Below, piece by piece: positions 1-14,759 of a stretch of DNA of 32,000 nt (within the stretch, counting starts at the first letter, position 1; each line of letters opens with the position of its first letter). The stretch is from Mycobacterium tuberculosis H37Rv (GTDB lineage Bacteria; Actinomycetota; Actinomycetes; Mycobacteriales; Mycobacteriaceae): NCBI RefSeq assembly GCF_000195955.2, contig NC_000962.3, positions 1,590,001-1,622,000 on the forward strand, read 5' to 3'. Position numbers and translations under genes: made by a program. The notes under the pieces were generated by a model. It ran no database searches. It was not told the DNA's origin and saw only the letters and a program-made list of their open reading frames with translations.

Positions 1-1
1 C

Positions 2-292
2 CGAATTGTCCTTGACTGCGGTAGCAAGATTCTCGGCAGCGATCGTCCGGCCTGGGCGACTGGGTTCGGCCGTCTGATCGACCACGCCGATGCGCGCATC
101 GCGGCGCTGTCGGAGCATCACGCCACCGTTGTCTGGCCCGACGACGCCCCGCTCCCGCCGGTGGGAACACGTCTGCGGGTGATTCCCAACCACGTGTGCC
201 TGACCACCAACCTCGTAGATGATGTCGCCGTGGTGCGCGACGCAACCCTGATTGATCGCTGGAAAGTCGCCGCCCGCGGTAAGAACCATTGA
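2..292 (+). CDS. 3' end of a D-threonine aldolase / D-serine dehydratase-like (alanine racemase-fold) protein, partial at the left window edge; likely the C-terminal fragment annotated Rv1414 in H37Rv
   Basis: Open frame from base 2 to TGA 290-292, not in the supplied ORF track because it has no start inside the window. Translation RIVLDCGSKILGSDRPAWATGFGRLIDHADARIAALSEHHATVVWPDDAPLPPVGTRLRVIPNHVCLTTNLVDDVAVVRDATLIDRWKVAARGKNH*. The LPPVGTRLRVIPNHVCLTxNLVD segment is typical of the C-terminal metal-binding domain of this family. Confidence 0.75.
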   Translation, partial: RIVLDCGSKILGSDRPAWATGFGRLIDHADARIAALSEHHATVVWPDDAPLPPVGTRLRVIPNHVCLTTNLVDDVAVVRDATLIDRWKVAARGKNH

Positions 293-396
293 TCCTGTCG
301 CACTTGGTCACGGCAATACCGCCTGGCTCAATGGTTCATACTGAATGGAACACGTGGGCTTCGCGTGCGGCCAGGCCTGACAGCTAGGTAGCAAAG

Positions 397-2614
<2,218 letters not shown>

Positions 2615-2638
2615 AGCGACTTCCCGTACGATCGCGAA

Positions 2639-3325
2639 ATGGCATGTCTTGGGCGCCCTGGCTGTAGGGGTTGGGCGGGGGCGAGCTTGGTCCTTGTGGT
2701 GGTGTTGGCCCTGGCTGCTTGCACCGAGTCGGTAGCGGGCCGCGCGATGCGTGCTACCGACCGGTCGTCCGGGCTGCCCACATCCGCCAAGCCGGCGAGG
2801 GCGCGCGACCTGCTGCTGCAGGACGGGGATCGCGCTCCGTTCGGCCAGGTAACCCAGTCTCGCGTCGGCGACAGCTACTTCACCAGCGCCGTTCCACCCG
2901 AGTGCTCGGCGGCGCTGCTGTTCAAAGGTTCCCCGCTGCGGCCTGACGGCTCGTCGGACCACGCCGAGGCGGCTTATAACGTCACCGGTCCGCTGCCGTA
3001 CGCAGAGTCGGTCGATGTCTACACGAATGTCCTGAACGTCCACGATGTGGTCTGGAACGGGTTCCGCGACGTGTCCCACTGCCGTGGCGATGCCGTCGGA
3101 GTGAGCCGGGCCGGCAGATCGACGCCCATGCGACTCAGGTACTTCGCTACGCTGTCAGACGGTGTCCTGGTATGGACCATGAGCAATCCGCGCTGGACGT
3201 GTGATTACGGATTGGCTGTGGTCCCGCACGCGGTGCTGGTGTTATCGGCGTGTGGCTTCAAGCCCGGATTCCCCATGGCGGAATGGGCGTCGAAACGGCG
3301 GGCCCAACTGGACAGCCAGGTTTAA
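2639..3325 (+). CDS. lprH: Probable lipoprotein LprH
   Basis: 228 aa; N-terminal signal peptide with lipobox (ASLVLVVVLALAACTESVAG). Confidence 0.88.
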   Translation: MACLGRPGCRGWAGASLVLVVVLALAACTESVAGRAMRATDRSSGLPTSAKPARARDLLLQDGDRAPFGQVTQSRVGDSYFTSAVPPECSAALLFKGSPLRPDGSSDHAEAAYNVTGPLPYAESVDVYTNVLNVHDVVWNGFRDVSHCRGDAVGVSRAGRSTPMRLRYFATLSDGVLVWTMSNPRWTCDYGLAVVPHAVLVLSACGFKPGFPMAEWASKRRAQLDSQV

Positions 3326-3504
3326 CGCCAGCCCCCATGCTCTTCGCGGGCGGGTTTGAACCGGCCAAACGGGGTCAAAGTCACGGCGGCCTGGGCATAC
3401 TCAAATGTGTCCCACGGCCCACCATCGGATCCCGACGACGGCCCACTGTGAACTGCGCCGCTCGTGGTGCATTACCCAGACCACGATGAGAGAATGGCGG
3501 GGAA

Positions 3505-3978
3505 ATGGGTGAATTACGGTTGGTGGGCGGTGTGCTCCGGGTCCTTGTCGTGGTCGGTGCGGTGTTCGATGTGGCGGTGCTAAACGCCGGTGCGGCTAGT
3601 GCCGACGGCCCGGTCCAGCTGAAGAGCCGATTGGGCGATGTTTGCCTGGACGCCCCGAGTGGGAGCTGGTTCAGCCCGCTGGTGATCAACCCCTGCAATG
3701 GGACCGACTTTCAGCGCTGGAATCTCACCGATGACCGGCAGGTCGAGAGCGTGGCCTTCCCCGGGGAATGCGTGAATATCGGAAATGCTTTGTGGGCGCG
3801 CCTGCAGCCCTGTGTGAACTGGATCAGCCAGCACTGGACTGTCCAGCCCGACGGCCTGGTCAAGAGTGATCTTGATGCCTGCCTCACGGTTCTCGGCGGT
3901 CCGGATCCTGGGACCTGGGTGTCCACCCGCTGGTGCGACCCCAATGCACCCGACCAACAGTGGGATAGCGTGCCGTAA
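3505..3978 (+). CDS. Secreted R-type (ricin-type beta-trefoil) lectin, Rv1419 / sMTL-13 equivalent
   Basis: 157 aa; signal peptide ending near GAASA; three QxW signatures (FQRWNL, SQHWTV, DQQWDS), the hallmark of a beta-trefoil lectin. Confidence 0.9.
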   Translation: MGELRLVGGVLRVLVVVGAVFDVAVLNAGAASADGPVQLKSRLGDVCLDAPSGSWFSPLVINPCNGTDFQRWNLTDDRQVESVAFPGECVNIGNALWARLQPCVNWISQHWTVQPDGLVKSDLDACLTVLGGPDPGTWVSTRWCDPNAPDQQWDSVP

Positions 3979-4041
3979 CCGGCCTGCCCGGCGAACCCCC
4001 GCCTTTCTGGGCGCCGTCGAAGCGACCACTAGCCTAGATAC

Positions 4042-5982
4042 GTGCCAGATCCCGCAACGTATCGCCCCGCGCCCGGGTCCATCCCGGTCGAGCCGGGCGT
4101 GTACCGATTCCGGGACCAGCATGGGCGAGTCATCTACGTCGGCAAGGCCAAGAGCCTGCGTAGCCGGCTGACGTCCTATTTTGCCGACGTGGCCAGCCTA
4201 GCGCCGCGGACCCGGCAGCTGGTGACCACCGCGGCCAAGGTCGAATGGACGGTCGTGGGGACCGAGGTTGAGGCACTGCAGCTGGAATACACCTGGATCA
4301 AGGAGTTCGATCCGCGATTCAACGTCCGCTACCGCGACGACAAGTCCTACCCTGTGCTGGCGGTCACCCTGGGCGAGGAATTTCCCCGGTTGATGGTCTA
4401 TCGCGGTCCGCGGCGCAAGGGTGTGCGCTATTTCGGGCCGTACTCGCACGCGTGGGCAATCCGGGAAACGCTGGATCTGCTCACCCGGGTGTTTCCGGCG
4501 CGAACTTGCTCGGCGGGGGTGTTTAAGCGGCACAGGCAGATCGATCGTCCATGCCTGCTCGGCTACATCGACAAATGTTCCGCGCCGTGTATTGGCAGGG
4601 TCGATGCGGCCCAGCACCGCCAGATCGTGGCAGACTTCTGCGACTTTCTGTCCGGCAAGACCGACCGGTTCGCCCGCGCCTTGGAACAGCAAATGAACGC
4701 CGCGGCCGAGCAACTGGACTTCGAACGAGCGGCGCGGCTTCGCGACGACCTGTCCGCACTGAAGCGTGCCATGGAAAAGCAGGCCGTGGTGCTCGGGGAC
4801 GGCACCGACGCCGACGTGGTGGCATTCGCCGACGACGAACTCGAGGCGGCGGTGCAAGTGTTCCACGTGCGCGGCGGACGGGTCCGCGGCCAGCGTGGCT
4901 GGATTGTCGAAAAGCCAGGAGAGCCAGGAGATTCCGGAATCCAGTTGGTCGAGCAATTCCTGACACAGTTCTACGGCGACCAGGCGGCGTTGGACGACGC
5001 CGCCGACGAATCCGCCAACCCGGTTCCCCGCGAGGTGCTGGTGCCCTGTTTGCCGTCCAACGCCGAGGAGCTGGCCAGCTGGCTGTCCGGCCTGCGCGGC
5101 TCAAGGGTCGTGCTGCGGGTGCCGCGCCGCGGGGACAAGCGGGCACTGGCCGAAACGGTGCACCGAAACGCAGAAGATGCACTGCAACAACACAAGCTGA
5201 AGCGGGCCAGCGATTTCAACGCCAGATCCGCTGCGCTGCAGAGCATTCAGGACTCGTTGGGCCTGGCAGACGCACCCTTGCGGATCGAGTGTGTCGACGT
5301 CAGCCATGTGCAGGGCACCGACGTGGTCGGGTCACTGGTGGTGTTCGAAGACGGCCTGCCGCGCAAGTCGGACTACCGCCACTTCGGGATCCGGGAAGCC
5401 GCAGGCCAGGGGCGCTCCGACGACGTGGCCTGTATTGCCGAGGTGACCCGGCGCCGCTTCCTGCGGCACCTGCGCGATCAGAGCGATCCGGATCTTCTTT
5501 CTCCGGAAAGGAAGTCGCGTAGATTCGCCTATCCGCCCAATCTGTACGTCGTCGACGGCGGCGCGCCGCAAGTCAACGCGGCCAGTGCGGTAATCGACGA
5601 ACTCGGTGTTACCGACGTCGCGGTGATCGGCCTGGCCAAGCGGCTGGAAGAGGTATGGGTGCCGTCGGAGCCGGACCCGATTATCATGCCGCGCAACAGT
5701 GAGGGACTCTATCTGCTGCAGCGAGTGCGAGACGAGGCACACCGGTTCGCTATCACCTACCATCGCAGCAAGCGGTCGACGCGGATGACTGCCTCAGCGC
5801 TGGACTCGGTGCCGGGATTGGGGGAGCATCGCCGCAAAGCGCTGGTCACCCATTTCGGATCGATCGCTCGCCTCAAGGAGGCCACCGTCGACGAAATCAC
5901 CGCTGTTCCCGGTATCGGCGTGGCCACGGCCACGGCCGTCCACGACGCACTGCGACCTGACTCATCGGGGGCCGCGCGATGA
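4042..5982 (+). CDS. uvrC: Excinuclease ABC subunit C
   Basis: 646 aa, GTG start; N-terminal GIY-YIG nuclease ([30 protein letters not shown]), UvrB-binding UVR motif region (LERAMEKQ context), C-terminal RNase-H-like and HhH motifs ([28 protein letters not shown]). Confidence 0.98.
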
Positions 5983-6884
5983 TGAACCATGCTAGGGGCG
6001 TCGAGAATCGTTCGGAAGGCGGCGGTATCGACGTCGTCTTGGTAACCGGGCTGTCCGGGGCCGGGCGCGGCACGGCGGCTAAAGTGCTGGAAGACCTGGG
6101 CTGGTATGTGGCCGACAATCTGCCGCCCCAGCTGATTACCCGCATGGTGGACTTCGGGCTGGCCGCCGGATCACGGATCACCCAGCTGGCGGTGGTAATG
6201 GATGTGCGATCGCGCGGATTCACCGGCGACCTCGATTCGGTCCGCAACGAGCTGGCCACGCGTGCCATCACCCCGCGTGTGGTGTTCATGGAGGCGTCCG
6301 ATGACACGTTGGTGCGCCGCTACGAACAGAATCGCCGCAGTCATCCGCTGCAGGGTGAGCAGACTCTGGCCGAGGGCATTGCCGCAGAGCGCAGGATGCT
6401 AGCACCGGTTCGCGCCACCGCCGACCTGATCATCGACACGTCGACACTGTCGGTGGGGGGCTTAAGGGATAGCATCGAGCGTGCCTTCGGCGGTGATGGC
6501 GGCGCGACCACCAGCGTCACCGTTGAATCCTTCGGGTTCAAGTACGGCCTGCCGATGGACGCCGACATGGTCATGGACGTGCGGTTCCTGCCGAACCCGC
6601 ACTGGGTGGACGAGTTGCGGCCACTGACCGGCCAACATCCGGCCGTGCGCGACTATGTGCTGCACCGGCCGGGCGCGGCTGAGTTCCTCGAGTCCTACCA
6701 TCGGTTGCTATCCCTGGTTGTCGACGGCTACCGCCGAGAGGGGAAGCGCTATATGACAATCGCCATCGGCTGTACCGGTGGTAAGCATCGCAGCGTCGCG
6801 ATCGCTGAAGCACTGATGGGACTTCTGCGCTCCGATCAGCAACTGTCGGTGCGGGCGCTGCACCGGGATCTGGGTCGCGAATGA
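5979..6884 (+). CDS. rapZ: RapZ/YvcJ-family nucleotide-binding protein (Rv1421 equivalent)
   Basis: 301 aa, ATGA overlap with uvr[32 protein letters not shown] at the N-terminus; C-terminal [10 protein letters not shown] motif. Confidence 0.95.
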
Positions 6885-7909
6885 CCGATGGCATCGTCGC
6901 GCTGGGCGGCGGACACGGCTTGTATGCGACGCTGTCTGCGGCCCGCCGGTTGACACCCTACGTTACCGCCGTGGTGACCGTCGCCGATGACGGTGGCTCG
7001 TCGGGCCGGCTGCGCAGCGAGCTCGATGTGGTGCCGCCGGGCGATCTGCGAATGGCCTTGGCGGCGTTGGCATCCGATAGCCCGCACGGACGCCTGTGGG
7101 CAACTATTCTGCAGCACAGATTCGGCGGCAGTGGTGCGCTGGCCGGACATCCGATCGGCAATCTGATGCTAGCGGGCCTGTCCGAGGTGCTGGCCGATCC
7201 GGTCGCGGCTCTTGACGAACTCGGGCGCATCCTCGGGGTGAAAGGCAGGGTGCTGCCGATGTGCCCGGTCGCGCTTCAGATCGAGGCCGATGTCTCCGGT
7301 CTGGAGGCCGACCCGCGCATGTTCCGCCTGATCCGTGGCCAGGTGGCGATCGCGACCACGCCCGGAAAGGTGCGCCGGGTGCGGCTGCTGCCGACTGACC
7401 CGCCGGCGACCCGGCAGGCTGTCGACGCCATCATGGCTGCCGATCTGGTGGTCCTGGGGCCCGGGTCGTGGTTCACCAGCGTGATACCCCATGTGCTGGT
7501 GCCGGGTCTGGCCGCAGCGCTGCGAGCAACGTCGGCCCGCCGTGCCCTGGTGCTCAACCTGGTGGCTGAACCGGGAGAGACGGCCGGTTTCTCGGTGGAG
7601 CGTCATCTGCACGTGCTAGCCCAACACGCGCCCGGGTTCACCGTTCACGACATCATCATCGACGCCGAACGAGTGCCGAGCGAACGGGAGCGGGAGCAAC
7701 TGCGCCGCACGGCGACGATGCTGCAGGCCGAGGTCCACTTCGCCGATGTCGCCAGACCTGGTACACCTTTACATGACCCGGGCAAGCTGGCGGCGGTCCT
7801 CGACGGGGTGTGTGCGCGCGACGTCGGCGCGTCGGAGCCTCCGGTGGCGGCCACACAGGAGATACCGATCGACGGTGGACGACCGAGGGGTGACGACGCG
7901 TGGCGATGA
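6881..7909 (+). CDS. yvcK: YvcK/CofD-like gluconeogenesis/cell-envelope factor (CuvA, Rv1422)
   Basis: 342 aa, ATGA overlap with rap[40 protein letters not shown] is the YvcK signature. Confidence 0.95.
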   Translation: MTDGIVALGGGHGLYATLSAARRLTPYVTAVVTVADDGGSSGRLRSELDVVPPGDLRMALAALASDSPHGRLWATILQHRFGGSGALAGHPIGNLMLAGLSEVLADPVAALDELGRILGVKGRVLPMCPVALQIEADVSGLEADPRMFRLIRGQVAIATTPGKVRRVRLLPTDPPATRQAVDAIMAADLVVLGPGSWFTSVIPHVLVPGLAAALRATSARRALVLNLVAEPGETAGFSVERHLHVLAQHAPGFTVHDIIIDAERVPSEREREQLRRTATMLQAEVHFADVARPGTPLHDPGKLAAVLDGVCARDVGASEPPVAATQEIPIDGGRPRGDDAWR

Positions 7910-8883
7910 CGACCGATGTCAAAGACGAGCTGAGCCGACTGGTGGTGAAGTCCGTCAGCGCGCGGCGCGCGGAGGTCACCTCTCTGCTGCGATTCGCCGG
8001 CGGGTTGCACATCGTGGGCGGCCGCGTGGTGGTCGAAGCCGAGCTGGACCTGGGCAGTATCGCACGGCGGCTGCGTAAGGAGATCTTCGAGCTCTACGGC
8101 TACACGGCGGTGGTGCATGTGTTGTCGGCCAGCGGGATTCGCAAGAGCACCCGCTACGTGCTGCGGGTCGCCAACGACGGCGAGGCGTTGGCACGCCAAA
8201 CCGGACTGCTTGACATGCGCGGTCGTCCCGTGCGGGGTCTGCCGGCCCAGGTCGTCGGCGGCAGCATCGATGACGCTGAAGCTGCGTGGCGAGGAGCATT
8301 TTTGGCGCACGGGTCGCTGACTGAGCCGGGACGCTCCTCGGCGTTGGAGGTCAGTTGCCCGGGCCCGGAGGCCGCGCTGGCGCTGGTGGGTGCGGCACGC
8401 CGGCTTGGGGTCGGCGCCAAGGCTCGTGAGGTGCGCGGTGCCGATCGCGTGGTGGTGCGCGACGGTGAGGCGATCGGCGCACTGCTGACCCGGATGGGGG
8501 CCCAAGACACCCGGCTGGTCTGGGAGGAGCGGCGGCTGCGTCGTGAGGTGCGTGCGACGGCCAACCGGCTCGCCAATTTCGACGACGCCAATCTGCGCCG
8601 CTCGGCGCGGGCCGCGGTTGCCGCGGCCGCCCGGGTGGAGCGTGCCTTGGAGATCCTCGGCGATACGGTGCCCGAGCACTTGGCCTCGGCCGGCAAATTG
8701 CGTGTCGAGCACCGGCAGGCGTCGCTGGAGGAGCTGGGCCGGCTTGCCGATCCTCCGATGACGAAAGACGCTGTAGCCGGACGTATTCGGCGATTGTTGT
8801 CGATGGCGGATCGTAAGGCGAAGGTGGACGGCATCCCCGATACGGAGTCCGTAGTGACGCCCGATCTGCTGGAAGACGCCTAG
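7906..8883 (+). CDS. whiA: DNA-binding protein WhiA
   Basis: 325 aa from ATG 7906 (alternative GTG at 7900 adds 2 aa). WhiA features: LAGLIDADG-like N-terminus ([22 protein letters not shown]) and C-terminal HTH ([38 protein letters not shown]). Confidence 0.96.
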   Translation: MTTDVKDELSRLVVKSVSARRAEVTSLLRFAGGLHIVGGRVVVEAELDLGSIARRLRKEIFELYGYTAVVHVLSASGIRKSTRYVLRVANDGEALARQTGLLDMRGRPVRGLPAQVVGGSIDDAEAAWRGAFLAHGSLTEPGRSSALEVSCPGPEAALALVGAARRLGVGAKAREVRGADRVVVRDGEAIGALLTRMGAQDTRLVWEERRLRREVRATANRLANFDDANLRRSARAAVAAAARVERALEILGDTVPEHLASAGKLRVEHRQASLEELGRLADPPMTKDAVAGRIRRLLSMADRKAKVDGIPDTESVVTPDLLEDA

Positions 8884-8892
8884 CGGGCTGAC

Positions 8893-11037
<2,145 letters not shown>

Positions 11038-11058
11038 CAATAGCTGGCCTATAGCTGA

Positions 11059-12321
11059 CTACGTGGCCGGCGGGTTGGTCGCGTACACCCAAGACAGGAA
11101 GCGGGCCACGGCCTCGGCGGTGTGATGCGCCCGCGGGGAGCCGAAGACGTCGAAGGCGTGTTGGGCGTGGGGCAGGTCCGCGTAGGCGACGGGCGACTTC
11201 GACACCGCCCGCAGTTCCTCGACGAACGCATGGGCTTCGGCCACGGGGATCAGGGAGTCGTGGCGGCCGTGCAGAACGAAGAACGGTGGGGCGTCGGCCC
11301 GCACATGGTGGATCGGTGAGGCATCGACGAAGATGTCGCGGTGCGTGCTGAATTTCCGTTTCACCACGAACGTTTCGAGCAACCCGACGAATTCCCGACG
11401 CCCCGGCGCATCGGTCGTAAACCAGTCGTAACGCCCGTATACCGGAACCGCTGCCGCCACCGAGGTGTCGACCTGTTCGAACCCGGGCTGAAATCGCGGA
11501 TCGTTGGGGGTCAACGCCGCCAGGGCGCACAGATGGCCGCCGGCCGAACCGCCGCTGATGGCAACGAAATTCGGATCCCCGCCGTAGGCGGCGATGTTTT
11601 CCTTGACCCACGCCAGCGCGCGCTTCACGTCGACAATGTGGTCGGGCCAGGTGTGGCGCGGCGACACCCGGTAGTTCAGCGACACGCATACCCAGCCGCG
11701 CGCAGCCAGATGGCTCATCAACGGATACGCCTGCGGGCGGCGCCACCCCAGTACCCAGGCGCCGCCGGGCACCTGTACCAGCACCGGTGCCTTGGCGTCG
11801 CGTGGCAGGTCGCGGCGGCGCCAGATGTCGGCCAGGTTGGCCCGCCCGTATGGGCCGTAGCACACGACGTTCGTCGTCTCGACGTAGCGCCGGCGTGCCA
11901 TGGCGGTACGCAGCGGGAGATTGCGACCTCTGCTACGCATCGGTTCCGTGGGCAGGGTAGCGAGTTCCTTAGCGTAGTCGGGCCCGAGCTGTTCGGTCAG
12001 GCCCGCTTCGAGCACCGGTCCAGGGGTGGTGGCGCCGCGGTAGCGGATCACCGCAAGGATCACCCAGGCCGCTGCCGTTAAGGCCAGTGCCGCCTTTCCT
12101 TTCAGCCCACCGAAGTCGCCTCGGCGGCCGCGGCGCAGTGCGTCCAGCACGGAGGCGCCTAGGTACACTCCTGGCACTTCCGACGTCGGCCAGCCCAACC
12201 AAAACGCCAGAACCGTGCTGTAGCCGCTACCGGACAGTGGGCGTAATCCGTTGGCGGCATTGAGCAATTCCACCGCTGCACGTGTTAACGGTCTCGGGCG
12301 TGCCATCCGCCGAAATCGCAT
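11059..12321 (-). CDS. lipO: Probable esterase LipO (alpha/beta hydrolase, HSL-like)
   Basis: 420 aa; VQVPGGAWVLGWRRPQAYPL oxyanion-region segment, nucleophile motif AISGGSAGGHLCAL (GxSxG context), C-terminal VLHGRHDSLIPVAEAHAF and HAFDVF. Confidence 0.92.
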   Translation of the reverse strand: MRFRRMARPRPLTRAAVELLNAANGLRPLSGSGYSTVLAFWLGWPTSEVPGVYLGASVLDALRRGRRGDFGGLKGKAALALTAAAWVILAVIRYRGATTPGPVLEAGLTEQLGPDYAKELATLPTEPMRSRGRNLPLRTAMARRRYVETTNVVCYGPYGRANLADIWRRRDLPRDAKAPVLVQVPGGAWVLGWRRPQAYPLMSHLAARGWVCVSLNYRVSPRHTWPDHIVDVKRALAWVKENIAAYGGDPNFVAISGGSAGGHLCALAALTPNDPRFQPGFEQVDTSVAAAVPVYGRYDWFTTDAPGRREFVGLLETFVVKRKFSTHRDIFVDASPIHHVRADAPPFFVLHGRHDSLIPVAEAHAFVEELRAVSKSPVAYADLPHAQHAFDVFGSPRAHHTAEAVARFLSWVYATNPPAT

Positions 12322-13928
12322 TAGCTGCCGACCCGTGATTGCAGCTCGGTGCGCAGGATCTTGCCGGTAATGCCGCGTGGCAGCTCGTCGAGGACGGCGA
12401 TGTCGCGCGGTACCTTGTAGTTGGCCAGGTTGTCTCGGACATGCTGCTTGAGGGTTTCCGGGGTGGCCGAAACACCGGGCTTGAGCACCACGAAGGCCGC
12501 CAGCCGCTGGCCGTACTGCTGGTCGTCCACGCCGATCACCGCGGCCTCGGCCACGTCGGGGTGGGTGGCCAGCGTCTTCTCCACCTCGATCGGGTAGATG
12601 TTCTCACCGCCGGAGACGATCATCTCGTCGTCGCGCCCGACGACGAACAGCCGGCCGTTCTCGTCGAGGTAGCCGACGTCGCCCGATGACATGAACCCGG
12701 CATGGAAATCCTTTGCGGCGCCAGATGTATAGCCATCGAATTGGCTGTCGTTGCGGACGTAGATGGTGCCGACCTCGCCGGTGGGCACCTCGGTGAACTG
12801 CTGGTCCAGGATCCGGATTTCGGTTCCTTCGGCGGGCCGACCCGCGGTGTCGGGTGCGGTCCGCAGGTCCGCCGGTGTGGCGGTGGCGATCATCCCGGCC
12901 TCGGTCGCGTTGTAGTTGTTGTAGATCACGTCGCCGAATTGGTCCATGAATGCGATCACGACATCGGGCCGCATCCGAGAACCCGACGCGGCGGCGAACC
13001 GCAACGACCGGCCGTCGTAGCGGTTTCGAATCTCGGCCGGCAGGTCCATGATGCGATCGAACATCACCGGCACCACCACCAGACCCGTCGCGTGGTGGCG
13101 GTCGATCAGGTCCAGCGTCGCCTCCGGGTCGAACCTGCGTCGCGTGACGATCGTGCAGGCCAGCGAGGAGGCCAGCACCAGCTGCGAGAAGCCCCAGGCA
13201 TGAAACATCGGCGCCACGATCACGGTGACCTCCTCGGCCCGCCACGGCGTGCGGTCCAAGATCGCCTTCAGTGTCCCGATGCCACCGCCAGAATGCCTGG
13301 CGCCCTTGGGTGTTCCGGTGGTTCCGGAGGTCAGCAGGATCACTTTTCCGTGGCTGCCGGTGTGCTCGGGCCGCCGTCCGGCGTGCGCGGCTACAAGTTT
13401 CTCAACGGTCAGGTCGTGGTCTTCGTCGGTCCACGCCACGATACGGGTGGCCTGCGGTTTTTCCGCCAGCGCGCGATCCACCGTCGCGCTGAACTCTTCG
13501 TCATAGACGACAGTGTCGACGCCTTCGCGGGTAACCACCTCGGCCAGTGCCGGACCGGCGAAGGAGGTGTTGAGCAACAGGATGTGCGCGCCAATCCGGT
13601 TGACCGCCAACAGCGCATCGACGAAGCCGCGATGATTGCGGCACATGATGCCGACGACCCTGGGGGGTCCGGCTGGCAGGGCCTGAAGCGCCGCGGCCAG
13701 CGCGTTGCCGCGTTCGTCGAGCTGGCGCCAGGTCAGCGTGCCCAGTTCGTCGATCAGGCCGGGGCGGTCCGGGCAGCGTCGGGCCGCACCGGCGAACCCC
13801 GCCGTAAACCCCATGCCTTCGCGGCGCATGGCGGCGACGATCCGCAGGTAGCGGTCTGGTCGCAGCGGAGCGATCAACCCTGCCCGGCGCATGGTGGCGA
13901 TCAAGCCGAATGCTTGTCTGATACGCAT
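12321..13928 (-). CDS. fadD12: Fatty-acid-CoA ligase / acyl-CoA synthetase FadD12
   Basis: 535 aa; AMP-binding signature VILLTSGTTGTPKGARHSG, YNATEAG, GDVGYLDENGRLFVVGRDDEMIVSGGENIYPIEVE, LPRGITGKILRTEL. Stop overlaps the lipO start (TAATG). Confidence 0.96.
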   Translation of the reverse strand: MRIRQAFGLIATMRRAGLIAPLRPDRYLRIVAAMRREGMGFTAGFAGAARRCPDRPGLIDELGTLTWRQLDERGNALAAALQALPAGPPRVVGIMCRNHRGFVDALLAVNRIGAHILLLNTSFAGPALAEVVTREGVDTVVYDEEFSATVDRALAEKPQATRIVAWTDEDHDLTVEKLVAAHAGRRPEHTGSHGKVILLTSGTTGTPKGARHSGGGIGTLKAILDRTPWRAEEVTVIVAPMFHAWGFSQLVLASSLACTIVTRRRFDPEATLDLIDRHHATGLVVVPVMFDRIMDLPAEIRNRYDGRSLRFAAASGSRMRPDVVIAFMDQFGDVIYNNYNATEAGMIATATPADLRTAPDTAGRPAEGTEIRILDQQFTEVPTGEVGTIYVRNDSQFDGYTSGAAKDFHAGFMSSGDVGYLDENGRLFVVGRDDEMIVSGGENIYPIEVEKTLATHPDVAEAAVIGVDDQQYGQRLAAFVVLKPGVSATPETLKQHVRDNLANYKVPRDIAVLDELPRGITGKILRTELQSRVGS

Positions 13929-13931
13929 GGC

Positions 13932-14759
13932 TTAGCCCAGAATCGGGAAGCGGCGCTTGGCGGCGAGGTCGTTGAGGGCTTGCTGCATCACCGACCGTAC
14001 GTGCTCGTCGACCGCGTCGACATCAGGGTCCTCGCCGAACTGCTTGGTGAGGTTGATCGGGTCTAACACCTGCATGACGATCTTGGCGGGCAGCGGCAGA
14101 TTGGGCGGGATCGCGGCGGAGAACCCGAACGGAAAGCCGAACGAGATCGGCAGGATGTCGCTGCGGAGCAGTCGCTTGAGCCCTAGCCGCCGGGCGAGCC
14201 AGGTGCCGCGGGACAGGTAGAGCTGGCTTTCCTGGCCACCGATGGACACCGCCGGCACGATGGGCACGCCAGCTTCGACGGCAGTGCTGACGTATCCCTT
14301 GCGGCCGTTGAAGTCGATCACGTTCTCCGCGAAAGTCGGCCGGTACGCGTCATAGTCGCCGCCGGGAAAAACGACCACCACACCCCCGGACCGCAACGCC
14401 TTAGCCGCGTTTTCTCGGGTGGCGCGAATGTAGCCGGTGCGTCGGAACAAGTCCCCGGTCAGGCCCATGAACAAGATGTCGTGGCTGAGCGTGTAGACCG
14501 GTCGGTCGTAGCCGAACTTGTCGTAGAAGTCGACGCTGAAGACCGGCACGTCCATCGGGAACATGCCACCGGAGTGGTTGGCCACGACCAGTGCGCCACC
14601 CGGCGGGAAGGAGTCCAGGCCATGCACCTGCGACCGGTGGTAGGTCTTCAAGACTGGACGCAGCACACTTATCAGGCGCTGGGTTAGGCCAGGGTCGAAT
14701 TTGCCGATGTCGCCGATACCTGCATCGTCCCCGTTACCAGGGCTATCGGTTTCGCTCAA
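13932..14759 (-). CDS. PlsC-like 1-acylglycerol-3-phosphate acyltransferase family protein (Rv1428c equivalent)
   Basis: 275 aa; VVANHSGGMFPMDVPVFSVDFYDKFG (NHxxxxD context), VVVFPGGDYDAYRP, VPIVPAVSIGGQE. Confidence 0.87.
   Translation of the reverse strand: MSETDSPGNGDDAGIGDIGKFDPGLTQRLISVLRPVLKTYHRSQVHGLDSFPPGGALVVANHSGGMFPMDVPVFSVDFYDKFGYDRPVYTLSHDILFMGLTGDLFRRTGYIRATRENAAKALRSGGVVVVFPGGDYDAYRPTFAENVIDFNGRKGYVSTAVEAGVPIVPAVSIGGQESQLYLSRGTWLARRLGLKRLLRSDILPISFGFPFGFSAAIPPNLPLPAKIVMQVLDPINLTKQFGEDPDVDAVDEHVRSVMQQALNDLAAKRRFPILG

Noticed and set aside
7645-8712. 355-aa minus-strand ORF opposite yvcK/whiA
   Set aside because: Shadow of well-supported genes, no domain content.
12702-14066. 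454-aa plus-strand ORF opposite fadD12
   Set aside because: Low-complexity shadow ORF typical of high-GC DNA; fadD12 on the other strand has full AMP-binding motifs.
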